NCBI GenBank assembly: GCA_001244265.2 | Contig: LN717261.1 | Location: forward strand, 1,441,591-1,505,590 | Source of the DNA: Microbotryum violaceum | Taxonomy: Eukaryota | Reading direction: 5' to 3' | Length of the DNA: 64,000 nucleotides | Shown here: piece by piece, positions 45,460-63,499 of the stretch | How positions within the stretch are numbered: the first letter of the stretch is position 1 | Layout of the letters: every line of letters starts with the position of its first letter | Made by a program: the position numbers and the translations under genes | The notes under the pieces: generated by a model | The model's input: only the letters and a program-made list of their open reading frames with translations | Told to the model about the DNA's origin: nothing | Databases searched by the model: none

Positions 45460-46757
45460 AGGTTGGGGATTTTCAAAACAAGTCGTCGGCGAGTGATGTG
45501 GTGAGCGGTAGTGGGTGAGGGGCCTCTGTTAACGCCAGAAGGACAAGGTCGGGAGTTGGGAGCTTGTGGATGTATGCGCAGACGCGCTGGGAACCCCGAT
45601 CAGATGTCGAATTCTCTCATTCTCATACTCCCGGGCGCGGCGCACTCGAGTCACTGATACTGAATGGGTTCTTTGTACTTAGCTTAAGTTTCCCTCGTTG
45701 TTCACCTATCTCGAGTTTTACCTCATAGTTACTACCTATGTATGTAGCCAGTCACAACTCTTCTGATCACCTGCATAAGTAGGTGTCGACAATGCGTGAA
45801 GGTAAAATTCGCCAACTTCTGAAAATCGGCACAACCTAGCCAGGCGTGTTGCTGCCGAGCTTTACGTGCCTTCAATGTCAAACCAATGGGAAATTCCTTC
45901 ATCCCAAACTGTCAATTAAGTGGCGAATAGCGTAGGTTGACTTTTCCAAAAGTTTATAGGTATAAATATCCTTAAAACTTATATATGGTCTTTTCGGCTT
46001 TTGCTGCAAGGATTTGACGCGCCGATTCAGGCTCGCGCGCACGGACCCTCTCTCCCCCGTGGATGCTATAGCTGTGCTTCCCACACACGCGGGCTCGCGG
46101 GCGGTACTCGCAACGCACGTTCCCTTTTAGCCCTTCTCTGCGTTGTCGACGTTTCCCCCAGTGGATGCTATAGCTGTGCTTCCCACACGCGAGCTCACGG
46201 CCGGTACTCGCAACGCACGCTCCCTTTCGGGCCTAAACTGCGTTGTCGACGTTTCCTTACCAGCTTCTATGGCCGCGTTCACCACCTGTAGGGACAGGTG
46301 CGTTCCTCACTCCCAAGACTACCTCCCAGCTGACGAAGTCGCTGATCGAGATTTCCATCTTGCCGGACGTTCACAGCTGCTAGCAGCTCGGTATGAAACC
46401 CTCGACGTGGCTCGCTTAGAGTAACTCGGGGTAAGTGCTTCGATACACCCAAGCTTGTTGCACGGTGTACTTTGCACTTGGATCCCTGCAAATTCTTTGT
46501 GGGGGCATTTTGCTCCGAGTCCTTGTTGGGCAACGAGCTAAATCGCATATCTCTCAGCAGACCCTTTGCCGTCCTTTGCACCAACCGCGCCACAACTGTC
46601 TTTATACAGTGTCTTGCCTTTGTTGCAAAGGTATGCTGAGACGATCAGTGGACTTGCTCCATCATCAGTTGCAGCCAACTGACATCCAGAAGCTTGGGTC
46701 GCAAAGCTCCCAATTGTCATCCCGCCCACCATCCCTGTGTATCACCAAGAAGTTCGG

Positions 46758-51188
<4,431 letters not shown>

Positions 51189-52249
51189 AAGTTCGGACTC
51201 TCCTCCGTTTAGATCAATTTCTTGCGGTTTTCCCCAGAAGGCTGGGTTTTCACCGATTGAGGTATTTGTTTAACAACTCCTACACCAATGTTGTCCTTCG
51301 TCTTGCTGCAACTCGAACCACTATTCCGCTACAACTCGCGCGAGTGGTCAGGAGAGTCGAGAATAAAAAACGTCGTCGCAAAGAACGTTCTATGACGTGA
51401 CAAACCACGTAGACGAACCACGTGGCGTGACGTCATAGGCAGTTCTCGGTCCAGCGTCCCAGCTAGCTAGCGCTGTTTCAGACCGTTTCGACTACGTTCG
51501 CCGAGATTCCATTGAACACCACGTGACTCTCTGTGCCCCGAAGCAGACTGCTTTTGCGTGTCTACCACGTCGACGTCAAAGAACGTCAGAGAACGGGAGA
51601 CAAACCAGGTGGCGACAGACCGTTCCGTCCACGTTCGCCGAGGTTCCAACGTTCGTCGAGGTTCCATTTCCCATCTAAGCCGCCTGGCACATGACCCTCT
51701 GCTTCGGGCTTCACTCCACGACGTTCCGCGGCCTTCCACGACATTCTATGATTCCGGTTTAAACTGAGGCGCAGGCTTCTCCATCTTTCTCCCTCCTGCT
51801 CTTCACACCTTACCCACCGCACCTCATCCCATCGCCACCTCGAGCTCGCGACATCCGAAGCGGTCGCCGTGGAAGCTCTGCAACGAATACGGGATCAAGA
51901 AATGGCTGCCGCATGCAACATAGCTACGAATTCGAGTAAGTAACTTCATGAACTGTGCTCTTGGTGTGGGATTGTTCAGAAGCTAATGGAGAACTACCAA
52001 GCAGAGATTCCCTTCAACACGTCCTCTTTGGATGTCAACCCTCGAGTTGTTTCTTCACCGTCAGCTGGTGACACTGCATGCGTGAGTTATTCCTTGACTG
52101 AGAATCCGGGCCATCGGCACACCAACTGTGAGTCTTCACTGCCATTGCTACAGATGGACAACAGCAATTATACTGATAGTTGTAACGAATCACGCAAGTA
52201 AACAGGCTCTGGTCGCGTGAATTGCGGCTCACCATCCCGTGGCAGATCC

Positions 52250-52915
52250 TCAACGTCTCGGTTCGGTGGAGTGACCGTCGTGTTGGCAGGTATGTGCCAA
52301 TCTTTCAAAAGCAAAGCGCAGGGCAGCATGATTAACTGACCGGTTGGACTGTAACATCATAGGGGATCCGAGGCAACGCCTTCCCGTTATTCCCAAGTCA
52401 TTGCGTACACAGATCGTCGATTTCGTTGATGCTCCGGGAGGGACAGGCAAAACGTTTTTGGAAGAAACGGTCCTTGCTCGGATTCGGTCAGAGGGAACAT
52501 ACGCTCTTGCCGTTGCATCATCGGGTATTGCTGCACTGCTACTGCCAAAAGGCAGCACGGCACATTCACGGTTCAAGATCCCGATCGACATCTTCGACGA
52601 CTCTACGTGCAATGTTCCGAAACAAGAACAGCTCGCCGAGCTTTGGGACCAGGCACCGATGCAGCACCGTCGATGTTTCCAGCTGGTGGACAGGATGTTG
52701 CAACATGTGCGATCGTCAACGGCTCGGTTTGGTGGACTGACCGTCGTGTTGGCAGGTGCGTGCCAATCTTTCAACAGCACAGCGCAGGGCAGCATGACTA
52801 ACTGACCGGTTGGACTGTAACATCACAGGGGATCCGAAGCAATGCCTTCCCGTTATTCCCAACTAATCGCCTGCACAAATCGTCGACGCTTGCTTCATGG
52901 AATGCTGACTTCTGG
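52250..52915 (+). pseudogene. Helitron PIF1-family helicase fragments
   Basis: FVDAPGGTGKTF, AVASSGIAALLL, TAHSRFKIP, FGGLTVVLAG|DPKQCLPVIP. The motif III segment is duplicated upstream. Confidence 0.9.
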
Positions 52916-55284
52916 GGGGAAGTTGAGGTGCTGCTTGACTTTGTACGGTTGAGAATCCGGGTCATTGGCACACTAAATGTGAATCTTTACTGCCATTGCT
53001 ACAGATGGACATCAGCAAGGATGCTGATAGTTGCACGACGTGTCGGAGGTCTGAAGGCCAGCAACGACGAAGGCTCGAGCGAGAGCGTTCCGGTCCGGTC
53101 CCACACAGTTCTTCGCCGAACCCTCTACCGCATCAATATCGACGGCACATGACTCTCTGCTTCCCAGACGATCTGTTTTGCGTGCCTGCCACATCGTAGC
53201 GTAGTCCCTTCAACCATCCAGTTGCTGCCACTGCCGAAGAGTCATCTGCAAGCTTTCACGTCCCGTCTCCTGTACAACAATCTTCACGCCAGCGACAGAC
53301 CGTTTCGCCTACGTTCGCCGACGTTCCAACGTTCGCCAAGGTTCCATTTCCCATCAAAGCAGCCTGGCACATGACCCTCTGCTTCAGGCTTCACTCCACG
53401 ACGTTCCGCGGCCTTCCGCGACGTTCTATGAGTCCGGTTTAAACTGAGGCGCAGGCTTCTCCATCTTTCTCCCTCCTGCTCTTCACACCTTACCCATCGC
53501 ACCTCATCCCATCGCCACCTCGAGCTCGCGACATCCGAACAGCTCTCGAGTTGTTTCTTCACCGTCAGCTGGTGACACTGCATGCGTGAGTTATCCCTTG
53601 ACATGGCTGTGCAGTCTTAGATATGACGGAAAAACTAATACCAAAAACAGACATTGAACGTCAGTGAAACAGCGAAGGATTGACTTCGTACGGTTGAGAA
53701 TCCGGGCCATTGGCACACTAAATGTGAGTCTTTACTGCCATTGCTACAGATGGACATCAGCAAGAATACTGATAGTTGCACGACATTTCGGAGGTCTGAA
53801 GGCCAGCAACGACGAAGGCTCGAGCGAGAGCGTTCCGGTCCGGTCCCGCACAGTTTTCCGCCCGACCCTGCCTTTGCCAAATCACGACGAATCAGTCCAC
53901 CTCCAGGAGATCCCAAAATGATTGCGTTGGACAATCCCGTCCACCCCAGCCAACGCCCGATGCCAACGCTATCCCGCAGCGACGACCTACAGTCCGGAAC
54001 CTCCGGGAGCGCGTTCAGTTCGCGCACGGCGACATCCACCCGCCGCACAGTCACCGATTGCACTGCGTCCACCGCCGGAGGATCAACTTCGTGCAATAGA
54101 TCCACCGCCTGTGAACGCTGCGATCTCTCGAAGGTCTCAAGGTCAGCAAAGATTGCGCATAGATGAAAGCAGTGTAGAACCGTAGCCATCTGCAATAAAG
54201 TAACAGAACTGCTGATTGTCAATGTGAGGTGGCGCGCGGAAACCTAGTCAAAAACAAAAAACAAATAACAAAAAGGTTGGCACGCCGGTAGGCCGGTACC
54301 GGCCTCCTGCTTACTTTGGGGTGCCTGCCCAGTGCCCAAGCCAGTTGCGGGCCTGGAAATAGGCACCGCAGTTAAGGCCCTGCGGAGCGGGTTGTCCTTG
54401 GCACGGGCAACAGTGTTAACAGTGGGCACCCGGCGCCGCGGGGTCCGACGCGCGTTGCTCTCCCGATGCGTCGAACGTTGTTGACCCGTTCGTTGGTTCC
54501 GCGGAACGTTATTGGAGACCTTAAATAAAGCTTCTAGCTTGCTTAATATGTAGCAGGATCAACACTCCCTCGGGAGGCGCCGATCATCGGGGACCTGGCG
54601 AGTTCAAAAACGGGTGACCCACGGTTGAGGCGAGAATAATGGAACACAGCTTTGTAGGACAACTTGGCCTACCGTAGGTACCGTGCGACCAGAAATGCTA
54701 TGATGTACTTAGGCCTTCCCAGGAGGCGGGTGCAGACCTAAAAATGAGAAAAAGTCTTACGATTGACCAACTGTTGTTCGGCTCCCTAAAATTCGAACCA
54801 AGAAAGGGGCGCCGTAGACATTTGGACAATTGTCGTCGTTCGATCCATGAAAGGGCTGAGTCGCGGTCGATGCCGGCGGTGCCTGTGATGGCGAAATAGG
54901 GCCGCTAGCCGAATCGCTACAGAGGACACTTGTCTGCGAAGAGCAAGGCGCTCGAAATACGATTGAACTATGTGTTTTAGTAGACGCGCTGTACCCAACC
55001 TGCCCAGCCATGCCCCTTCAGAATTAGGTCAAAACACCAGATCCAAGGAATCCTTTATTAGGGTTGAGACGGTGAGGCCTGAGGCCTGAGGCGTAACGTT
55101 CGGGGAAAATTATATGACTTTAAGCAGTGAAGCACAAAACAGCAGTATTGACACACACACACACGAACGAACGCATACAAAAAAAAAAAAACGAAGAAGA
55201 AAAAATACTCCTATACGCGACGATCGTCATCTCACTGAGATACTTACGCAAACGAAGCTCCATCTTGCCTGCCACGGCCCGTCC

Positions 55285-58200
55285 TCACAACTCCGCCGCG
55301 ACGCGCCGTTTGTTCTTCTCGGTCTCGTCAAGAACACCGTCCAGCAGTTGGGCGCGTTGCCCGGCGCGTGCGACTTGGGTTTTCAACTCCTGAATCGTCC
55401 GTGTGAGCTCAGCGACGCGCTCCTTCGCGCCTTGTCGTTCCCGCTTGACCTTCTCCTCCGCGGCCCTAAGCCGAGCCTCCATCTCCCGCAACCTCGCCTC
55501 CCACTTGCCCTCGGCAACGGCGACTTTCTCCCGCGCATCTCCAAGCTTGTCCTCCGCGTTGCGCAGCTGGGTTTGCGTAGCTGCAAATCGCCTTTCCGCG
55601 GTCGTAGCACGCCTCGTGAGGGTACTCAATTCATTAGACATGGCCGGACTGCTGGGCGAGCTCGAGGCCGACGATCGAAGCGCCGACAATTGCGTCTGAA
55701 GATTCTGTACCTCGGTACGGGCCGCGTCTACTTCGGCTTGTTTGGTATGCACGCGGTGCCGCCATTTTCTCTGCGTCTCAGTAGCAGTCTTGATCGCGGC
55801 CTCGAACCGATCCAATTGCTTCAGCCTTGTATCGTGTTGTCGCTTCAGGGCGGCGAATTGGTCAGAGAACTTGGTCTCGATCTCCCGTGTCCGTCGATCG
55901 AACGATACTTGTAGTTGATTTACGCTTTTGAGTCGGCTGATCAAACTGTCGTGGAAGATGACAAAGTTGGTGAAGGGCTTGGGCTCAGCCTGGGCAGATT
56001 TGCGCTGGGCGAGTGTGAAATGTGGGTCCGTTCAGCTCTGTCTTGAGCACCGCAGCTGGGGTCGCTTTTGGAACTCACCTGGCTACCTCCGACAATCTTG
56101 TCCATGGACTGATGTACGGTCAGTAGCAGAGTGTTGCGTTCGGTCAATTGATCGCGGTACTGGTTCTCAGTGCGGCTGAGCTGGCGATGGTCGGTGCTGA
56201 GTTGATCCTCAATAACACGTAGTCGGTCGCGGGCAGCTGAGAGCTCGAGCTGTGTGTCACGCAACGTCTTGGCCGCAGCATCGTGCTTGTCGGTCAAGGC
56301 AAGACGTGCTTCCCTCTGTTCTGCCAGGTCCTTTGTCAGGTCCTTATTCTCCGACTGCAATGTAGCCAGAGTCATGTCCTTGGCGCGTATAGAGGCAGTC
56401 CTATCCTCGAGGTCTTCCTTGGCGAGCTGCAGTTCTTGCTCGCAACGAGCAAGATCGCGCTTAAGGCGGTCGCATTCGATATCGAGAGCAAAGCGATCAT
56501 TGAAGTGTGATTCACCCAGTCGGCGGGCCGATCTTTCGAGACCGTTCAGAGCGTCTTGCAGTTTCTGGATATCGACCTCTCTCGCGTCAAGGACGGTCTT
56601 GTAGTGCTGCATGTCGTCACGGGCTTGCCCCAGCTCCTGCAGAGTAAGACAAGTCGGTTCCTCAATCAGTATGTGAAGCTGGAGCCTTAAGGTCTTCCGA
56701 ACAAAAACTCATTGGCTTACTCTATGTTGCTCATCGAACCGAGATTGCCACGCGACTTCTAGTTCGCGTCTGCGTCGTGCCGAATCCTTCTGGTCCGCCT
56801 CGTGCTCCTCTTCTTCCTTCCGCAGCGCACGCATGATCGCGACCGCTTCATCTTCGAGCTTGCGAATGTTCTCCTTTGCAGCTCGCAGTTGCGCCTCCAA
56901 AGCAGCGAGCTGGGCAGCGAGAGTTTCAGACTTCTCGCGCAAAACTCTGTTCTCGAGGTCCTTCGAGTCGTGCTGCATCGTCAGTTCACTGACGCGGGCT
57001 CTGTGAGTGGAGAGTTGCTCCTGCATCGCGGCGATCATTTGGTCGTGGGTTATCTGCTTTTCCTGGGCATCGCGTTTGACCGTAGTAAGAGCGTCGGTGA
57101 GCTCTTCGACCTTGATGTCCTTCTCGTCGAGTTCAGCTTCCAGCTCCCGAATCTGACCAGCGAGCTGTGTTGTCATGAAAGGAAGACATCAGTGCCAAGA
57201 CGCACAGCCGCCTTCCGACAGCCAGTACTCACTTTCTCGAGGTCACTGGTGAGTGCCTGCCGTTCGTGGGCATTCTCTTCACGTTCAACTTCGAGTTCTT
57301 CAATATCCTGGACCAATTGCTTGCACTTCTCGGACAGATCCTGGACATCCGCTTCCCGCTCCTCCAGCATCTTGAAACGCGGAAGAAAGCTCATTAGCAC
57401 CGACCGTCGCCCCTCTCACCACATAAGGGTAGACTTACATCCAGAGCCTCGATCTTGCGCGTTTCCGCTTCGTCGACAGCCTCTCGCCATTCCTCGTCGA
57501 TCTGCTTAATTTGCAGATCCTGGTCCTGGCCACGGTTGTCATGCTCTTCGAGCAGTGCTTCAATTTCGCGTTCCTTCTGGGCCAGTTCGATCTGCAATTG
57601 CTCGACCTCTAGTGCATGCCCAGCGGCGCGATCACGGTGCTCGTCGTTCTCCTGTTCGAGCTGTTCGATCGTTTTGCCCCCATCGGCACTGGACATACTG
57701 CGTTCACTCCGAGCACGTATACGCTCTTGCTGTTGGAGCTCCAATTCGAGGTCGTGGATGTCGTGCTTGGCATCCTCGAGTTGGTCCTGAAGGGTGGTGA
57801 GCTCGTCGGCCCGTGCAGCCAGCATCTTCCGTTGTGCAGCTGATTCGGCCCGTAGCGTTGCGAGCTCCTGAAGTAATGTATTCGGATCTCAGCGCAAGAG
57901 CTCATGTCAACATCGTTATGTATGGTTTTGCTCACCTGAAGGAGATCTTGAGAACGGCCACCCCCCCTGCCGACGCTACTGCCATCATCGCCTCGCGCGG
58001 AACTTTGGTCCTCGCGCCCTTCATCTCGAAGCCTGATGTTCTGCTCGACCATCTCGTCGAGTTGCCGCTCCAGCTCGCGGGTCCTGTAGTGCAGATCATC
58101 CTTTTCGCCAAGGTCATCCTCCCTTGCTTCTCGCTCGACGTCGAGCTCATTCCGCAGGCGACCAATCTCAGTCTGTGATTGGGAAGAGTAGTCAGCCCAC

Positions 58201-59415
58201 TGTGATGGATTTGTGCGAAAGGAGGGAACTCACGCGCGCATCTTCGCTACCGAGATCGGCCGACCGGTTCCGGATGTCCCTCATTTCACGCGTCTGCTTC
58301 TCCAACCGAGCTTTTAGAATTTCGTTGTTTCGACGTTCCCGCTCACTCGCATCCTTCCACCTTGCCAACTCCTTCTCCAGTCTCCGCTCGCGCTCGCTGG
58401 CCCCGCTTCCACTCTGGGTCGCCGAATCGCGCTCGATCTTGAGCGTCTCGATGGCGCGATTCCCTTCGATCAAAAGTTTCTTGTACCGCTTGAGCTCGGT
58501 GCGTAATGTCTGGAACTCGACCTTGAGATGCACGTTCTCCCTCAGGGCTTGGTCGATCTGCTCGGGGGCGAGTCGCTCGAGCCGTTGCTCATAGAAATGG
58601 ATCTTGAGCTTGAGATCAAAGTTCTCCTTCTTGAACTCGTCAATGACCTGGCCGCAAGTGACACCAGTTCATGAATACAATCATATTACTTTAGTCCCAA
58701 CATGCTCAGCTTGGACCTGATCGCTCACCTTCTCCTGCTCACGAAGCGTCATGTTCTGGCCCAATCCCCCGTTCGTCGCTTTGACCTTGCCCGCCTTCTT
58801 GCCTTTGCTTCCGGTCCATCTCGCCGAGTCATCATCGAGGTCCATCTCGTTCAACAGACCCGTCCTGTCTCCGACAACTTCGGACTCGCCGTTGCCTGCG
58901 CCCCTCGAATCGTCCAATGCGTGCAAGGGGCCGGTCGAGACGTATCGGGAGGCGTGTTTCGGCGAAGGCTCGGTCGTCGCTACCGTAGAAGCCGATGGAT
59001 TCCTCGATGAGGAAGCGGCTATCGTCGAGGCCCTGGACGTAGAAGACGTGGGTCGGGATCGACCGCTGTGGGAGGAAAGAATGGTGGCGGTCGCCTGGGT
59101 CGTCGTCTTGACCTTGCGACTCGCCAAACGTTCGGATTCGACGGGATCGGGTCTCATTTCCTGCTCATCCATCAAACTGCTCTCATCTTGGTGTCGTTCT
59201 GGGGATACCTCGTGGTTGTCGTTGGGTTGAGCCGTGGCAGCGGGGGCGCCCGAGCCGATCAGTGGTGGCTCATCGTAGTCCTCCGAGTGGAACGACGGCG
59301 CAACCGAGCCAAAGGTGATCCCGCCATGGGTGACGCCTTCGTATCGAGACGGTCCACCAGCATCGGAAGAGTCAAAGGACTGCATCCCGGCCATCAACGC
59401 CGCGGTCGAAGCCAT
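55285..59415 (-). CDS. Centrosomin-family gamma-tubulin complex receptor (Mto1/ApsB-like), multi-exon coiled coil
   Basis: CM1 motif MTLREQEK|VIDEFKKENFDLKLKIHFYEQRL, long coiled coils, and C-terminal KWEARLREMEARLRAAEEKVKRERQGAKERVAEL (Mto2_bdg-like). Confidence 0.88.
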
Positions 59416-61942
59416 GGTGACGACGGCGCTCTACGCAGAGGCGCAGGAGGGGACGACTGTATTCGGGGAGCGTGAGCGGGTGTTGACAAGGGTCAGGAAT
59501 CCAGGAATCGAGTGGCATCAGGTACATATGGGAGATATGGATGCAGAGAAGATTTCAAATGTACTCACAGTAGCAGGGCGTTGAATTTTCGTCGTTAAGT
59601 AGGCGTTGTGTCTGTTCGTGCCAGGTTGAGGGGTGGGGAGGAGACCCGGACGCGAGCGCCCCCGCGCGTGTTGAGCGATTCTCCAATTTGAGCAATTCAA
59701 AGCGTGACCGCCGGCGTATGCCCTATAAGATCACTGTCAGCACTGCAGTCTCCGGCCGCCAGACGGATTCAAAGCCAAAACCGTAATATCACGTTGGTAT
59801 TACAACATTCAGGTCATTCGTCTGGAACGGAAGCTACGTGTCCATAAATCTGCGGCCCCGCCGCCCCGCTCACTCTGCGCCGTCGGACTGGAGTTGGCGA
59901 ACGCCGACCAGGTATGAATGAAATCACGTGCGCTTCAACCGCGCAAGTGACCGCAGGCCGGTGAAAGGGAATAACCGGACCAATTCATCTCGAAGTTTGA
60001 TCGAGAAACCGAAGAGCTTGGGTCACTCCGCGGTGTATGTTTATTCCTGACTCGAGTGACCAAGTGTAAATTTGCCAGCTCAGTCCACCCAGCTACTCGC
60101 AGGGCGGTCCGTTGGCAGCAATTGAGCACAACGCGCGGTGTGACCTTCGAAAAATGCTTCCATTGGGAAAGAGAATGAAGTTCATGGCCAGCTTACTACA
60201 GAACATGTGACGGGCGACAGCGATTCGCCACTTCGACCGGCTCGAGCCCCTGACTGACACCCACCGATGGGAACAGTGCGAAAGTGCTGTCAGTTCCCTG
60301 GGCCCCAAACGATCTCAGGGTTTCGTACCCGTAAGTGGGCACCTTGATTTCCCATAATTCAGATGGGCGGGCATCACTATAAGCCTACCCGGGTTGATTG
60401 CATTCGTGGGTTATGTCGTGTTTCGGTGGGACGTCGCGCAAAATGTTTCGCGATGGGCCGCGGCGGTGCCAGAGGCAAGAAGCAACCTCGAATAAAGGAT
60501 TGGACGATAGGAAAGGAGTTTTTTTACAGCGACCTGTGGTCAGGACCCGGGTGGACAGCAGGTCATACAACCGCTACCAGGGATCAGAATGCCGAATTAG
60601 GGTCAACTCTAGACGAGAACAATCTGGGATGTGGCGAGGAAGACCTACCGGCATGCAGGGCTGTCGAGAGGAGTCTTGGGCGACCAGGAAATCGCGCCTC
60701 TCGGGTTTGAACGTATGAAGGGCCAATATCTGAAGGGTAGGCTGCCAAACGGGAGTAAGTGGGCTGCCGTGACTTGCCCGAGTGAGACTACCAGTGCGAC
60801 GCCGGAACCCGCAGCGAACAAGGGGAGAAAAATTAGGCGCGAATACAATATGTCCGATTTTTTCTGGGAGGTGGTAGAGGAGAAGGAAGCTCCAGAGCTT
60901 AGCTGCATCTTATTGATGCGATGTGTATGCGGGTGCATGACGTATTCGGGCCGCACCGACCGCCCGCTACCGAGGGCATCGGCCCGCTACCCACTGCATC
61001 CAACGGTTCGGGGCCACATTCCACGCGAAGCACATGATACAAACCTAAAAACAACACCAAAATGGACACACCGAAGAGCTTGTCATGCTTTGGTACCAAA
61101 TGTCGCGGTCTCAATATTCGACGGTTGCATTGGTATTAGTGATGCTTCGGCACCGAAGACGAAGCCCCTGTGCACCTGACACCGCGCTTCACGGTGAACA
61201 TTCCCGGCCGCACGCAAGCCAAGGACTGCCGTCCGAAGCTGATTACTCCTGACATTATCAACTCAAGTAGCCCGTGACCCAAATTGAGGAAGATGGAGGT
61301 CTACTGTAACTATAATCCAGAAAACCTTGTTCATAAATGTATTCACCAGTTAACGGGTGATCATACCATGGAGCACTTGCGAGGCTCGGACCGGACTGAG
61401 TGGAAGAGTCCGACTCGGTCTTCGCACGTAAGCCCGAGTGGTCGCAAGCACAGACTTTTAGCGCGACCCATCGCTGTGCTCGGAGCGATATCAGCACCTT
61501 ATCCAGTTGGGGTAACCTCGACCGCCAACGAGTTTTTAGGCCTGCGGCAGTGACGACCGATTCGAAAACATTGTCACCCGCAAGTCGCAGTGCTTGATAG
61601 TACCCGGCGCTTTTCACCACTGCACTTTGCACGATTCCAAGCCGCAGCGAAGTGGAACCCTATCATGTACACAAGTTTTGGGATGGGGTCGACTTTCTGT
61701 CGTATAAAGGATAGATAGCGTTGAATGGTACTCGGCCGCTGCTTTTGATCCATGCGAGCATAGGGTGACCCGGTCGCCACCGGCTGCAGTGCCAGAACTA
61801 CGATTGTCTCCGAGCCGTGGGTCCGAGCGTTACCGCGGGCCCGCCGAAACTCGATTCGCAGCGGCTTCAGTGATTTTGAGCTCCTCCCCATTTTCCACAA
61901 CCACCACACAGGATGCGCCCCACCACCACCGTCTTGACAGTA

Positions 61943-63299
61943 ATGAAGCGCTTGTTTCGTTCTGTAGCATCTTGCTCTAGCCACCAGGTCGGGTTGAATG
62001 TCCAGCGCCCTCTGCGTCGCCATGCCTCGACCTTGATCGCCACCACCACCTCGTCCACTCGACCACGATCACGATTCGCGCCCGTACTCAATGCTGCATC
62101 GCTCCGATCGTCATCCGCCCCTTCAAATACCCGCGGATATGCCTCGGACTCTTACGAAGGTCCCTCGGATTCGACGCGGACAAGAGCTGCAGTAGGGGTC
62201 AGTTCCTCCACCATTTCGATCTCATTCCTGCGCTCCTCACCACGCTTCCTTTGCTCCCTCTTCGATGCCCTTCCAGCCCTTCACCCTCCGAGCAGGGGCC
62301 ATCTTTGCGGTCACCGGCTTGGGTCTCTATTTCTACTTTCAAAAGGAAAAGGCCAAGATTCAGGCGCACAAGGAGCAGGAGCATGCGACGGCCAATATCG
62401 GACGACCCAATATCGGTGGACCGTTCGGGCTGACCGATCAGGATGGGAACAGTTTCAGTGATCAGGATATGGTTGGCAAATGGAGCTTGGTATATGTAAG
62501 CTGCTTTGGGCGAGTGACTCATCCGAATTAATTGGCCCACTCGAGCGGTCCGGAGCAGCTGACGCTTCTCTTCTCTGATGCTCTCCAAGTTCGGCTTCAC
62601 CAACTGCCCCGACATCTGCCCCGAGGAACTGGACAAGATGGGACTGGTAGTCAAAGCCATCTGTGAGTCGAACATCCTCAACGCGTTAGGAAACCCTCCC
62701 TTCGCTCCGGCCGAAGATCCTGACCTGTTCTGCCCCGCAGCCAAATTGCACAAGATCGACATCCTTCCCATCTTCATCACATGCGACCCCGCACGAGACA
62801 ACGTGCAAGCTGTCAAGGCCTATGTTCAGGGTGAGAGAGACAGAGAGCAAGAGCAAGGCCGGCTCGGTTGTGTTTGGGTCCTGTTCGGGGTCGGCGGCTG
62901 ACCTTAACGCCCCCACTTTCATTCCGATAACAGACTTTATTCCTTCGTTGGTCGGCTTGACGGGCACGTACGAGGACATAAAAAAGTGTTGCAAAGCCTA
63001 GTGAGTCGTTCCCTGGGGTTGATGACATTATCCCGTGAGTGATCACTCAAGATCCTTCTCCCTTCCTCGATTGGTTTCGTCACAGCCGCGTGTATTTCTC
63101 GACCCCACCCGATGCGAAACCCACGGATGACTATTTAGTTGACCACTCCATCTTCTTCTACCTCATGGACCCGAACGGCAAGTTCGTCGACGCGTTTGGG
63201 CGGTCGATGGGCCCCGTCGAGGTGGAGAACAAGATTGGCAAGTATTTGAGCTTGTGGAATCAGACCGATGGGAAAGAGGGCTGGAGTGATATGAAGTAG
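61943..63299 (+). CDS. SCO1: Mitochondrial copper chaperone SCO1/SenC (multi-exon)
   Basis: Arg/Ser-rich presequence, TM segment, IGGPFGLTDQDG, FGFTNCPDICPEELDKM (CxxxC), DYLVDHSIFFYLMDP. Confidence 0.96.
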
Positions 63300-63499
63300 T
63301 TTATGCTTTGTAGGGTGAAAAAAGAAAGAATATTTTCCGACTCTTGCTTGTTGCATCCGAGTCCTCTCTTGTTGGACTCTTGAGCTCGTCTCTCCACACC
63401 TCTCTAGGCCTTGTCGATAGAAACTCCCCCCCCCCCCCCCTTAAGATTACACACGCTCTACTCCGCAGCGAGTCCCTAGTCCTCGACTGAAGGCGATAT

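Noticed and set aside
55114-55914. 266-aa plus-strand ORF and similar ORFs opposite the host genes
   Set aside because: Antisense shadows of GC-rich coiled-coil or low-complexity coding exons.
59700-61900. Several 100-180-aa ORFs between the Mto1-like gene and SCO1
   Set aside because: No recognisable motif or consistent exon chain, so I cannot support a gene, although a diverged one is not excluded.
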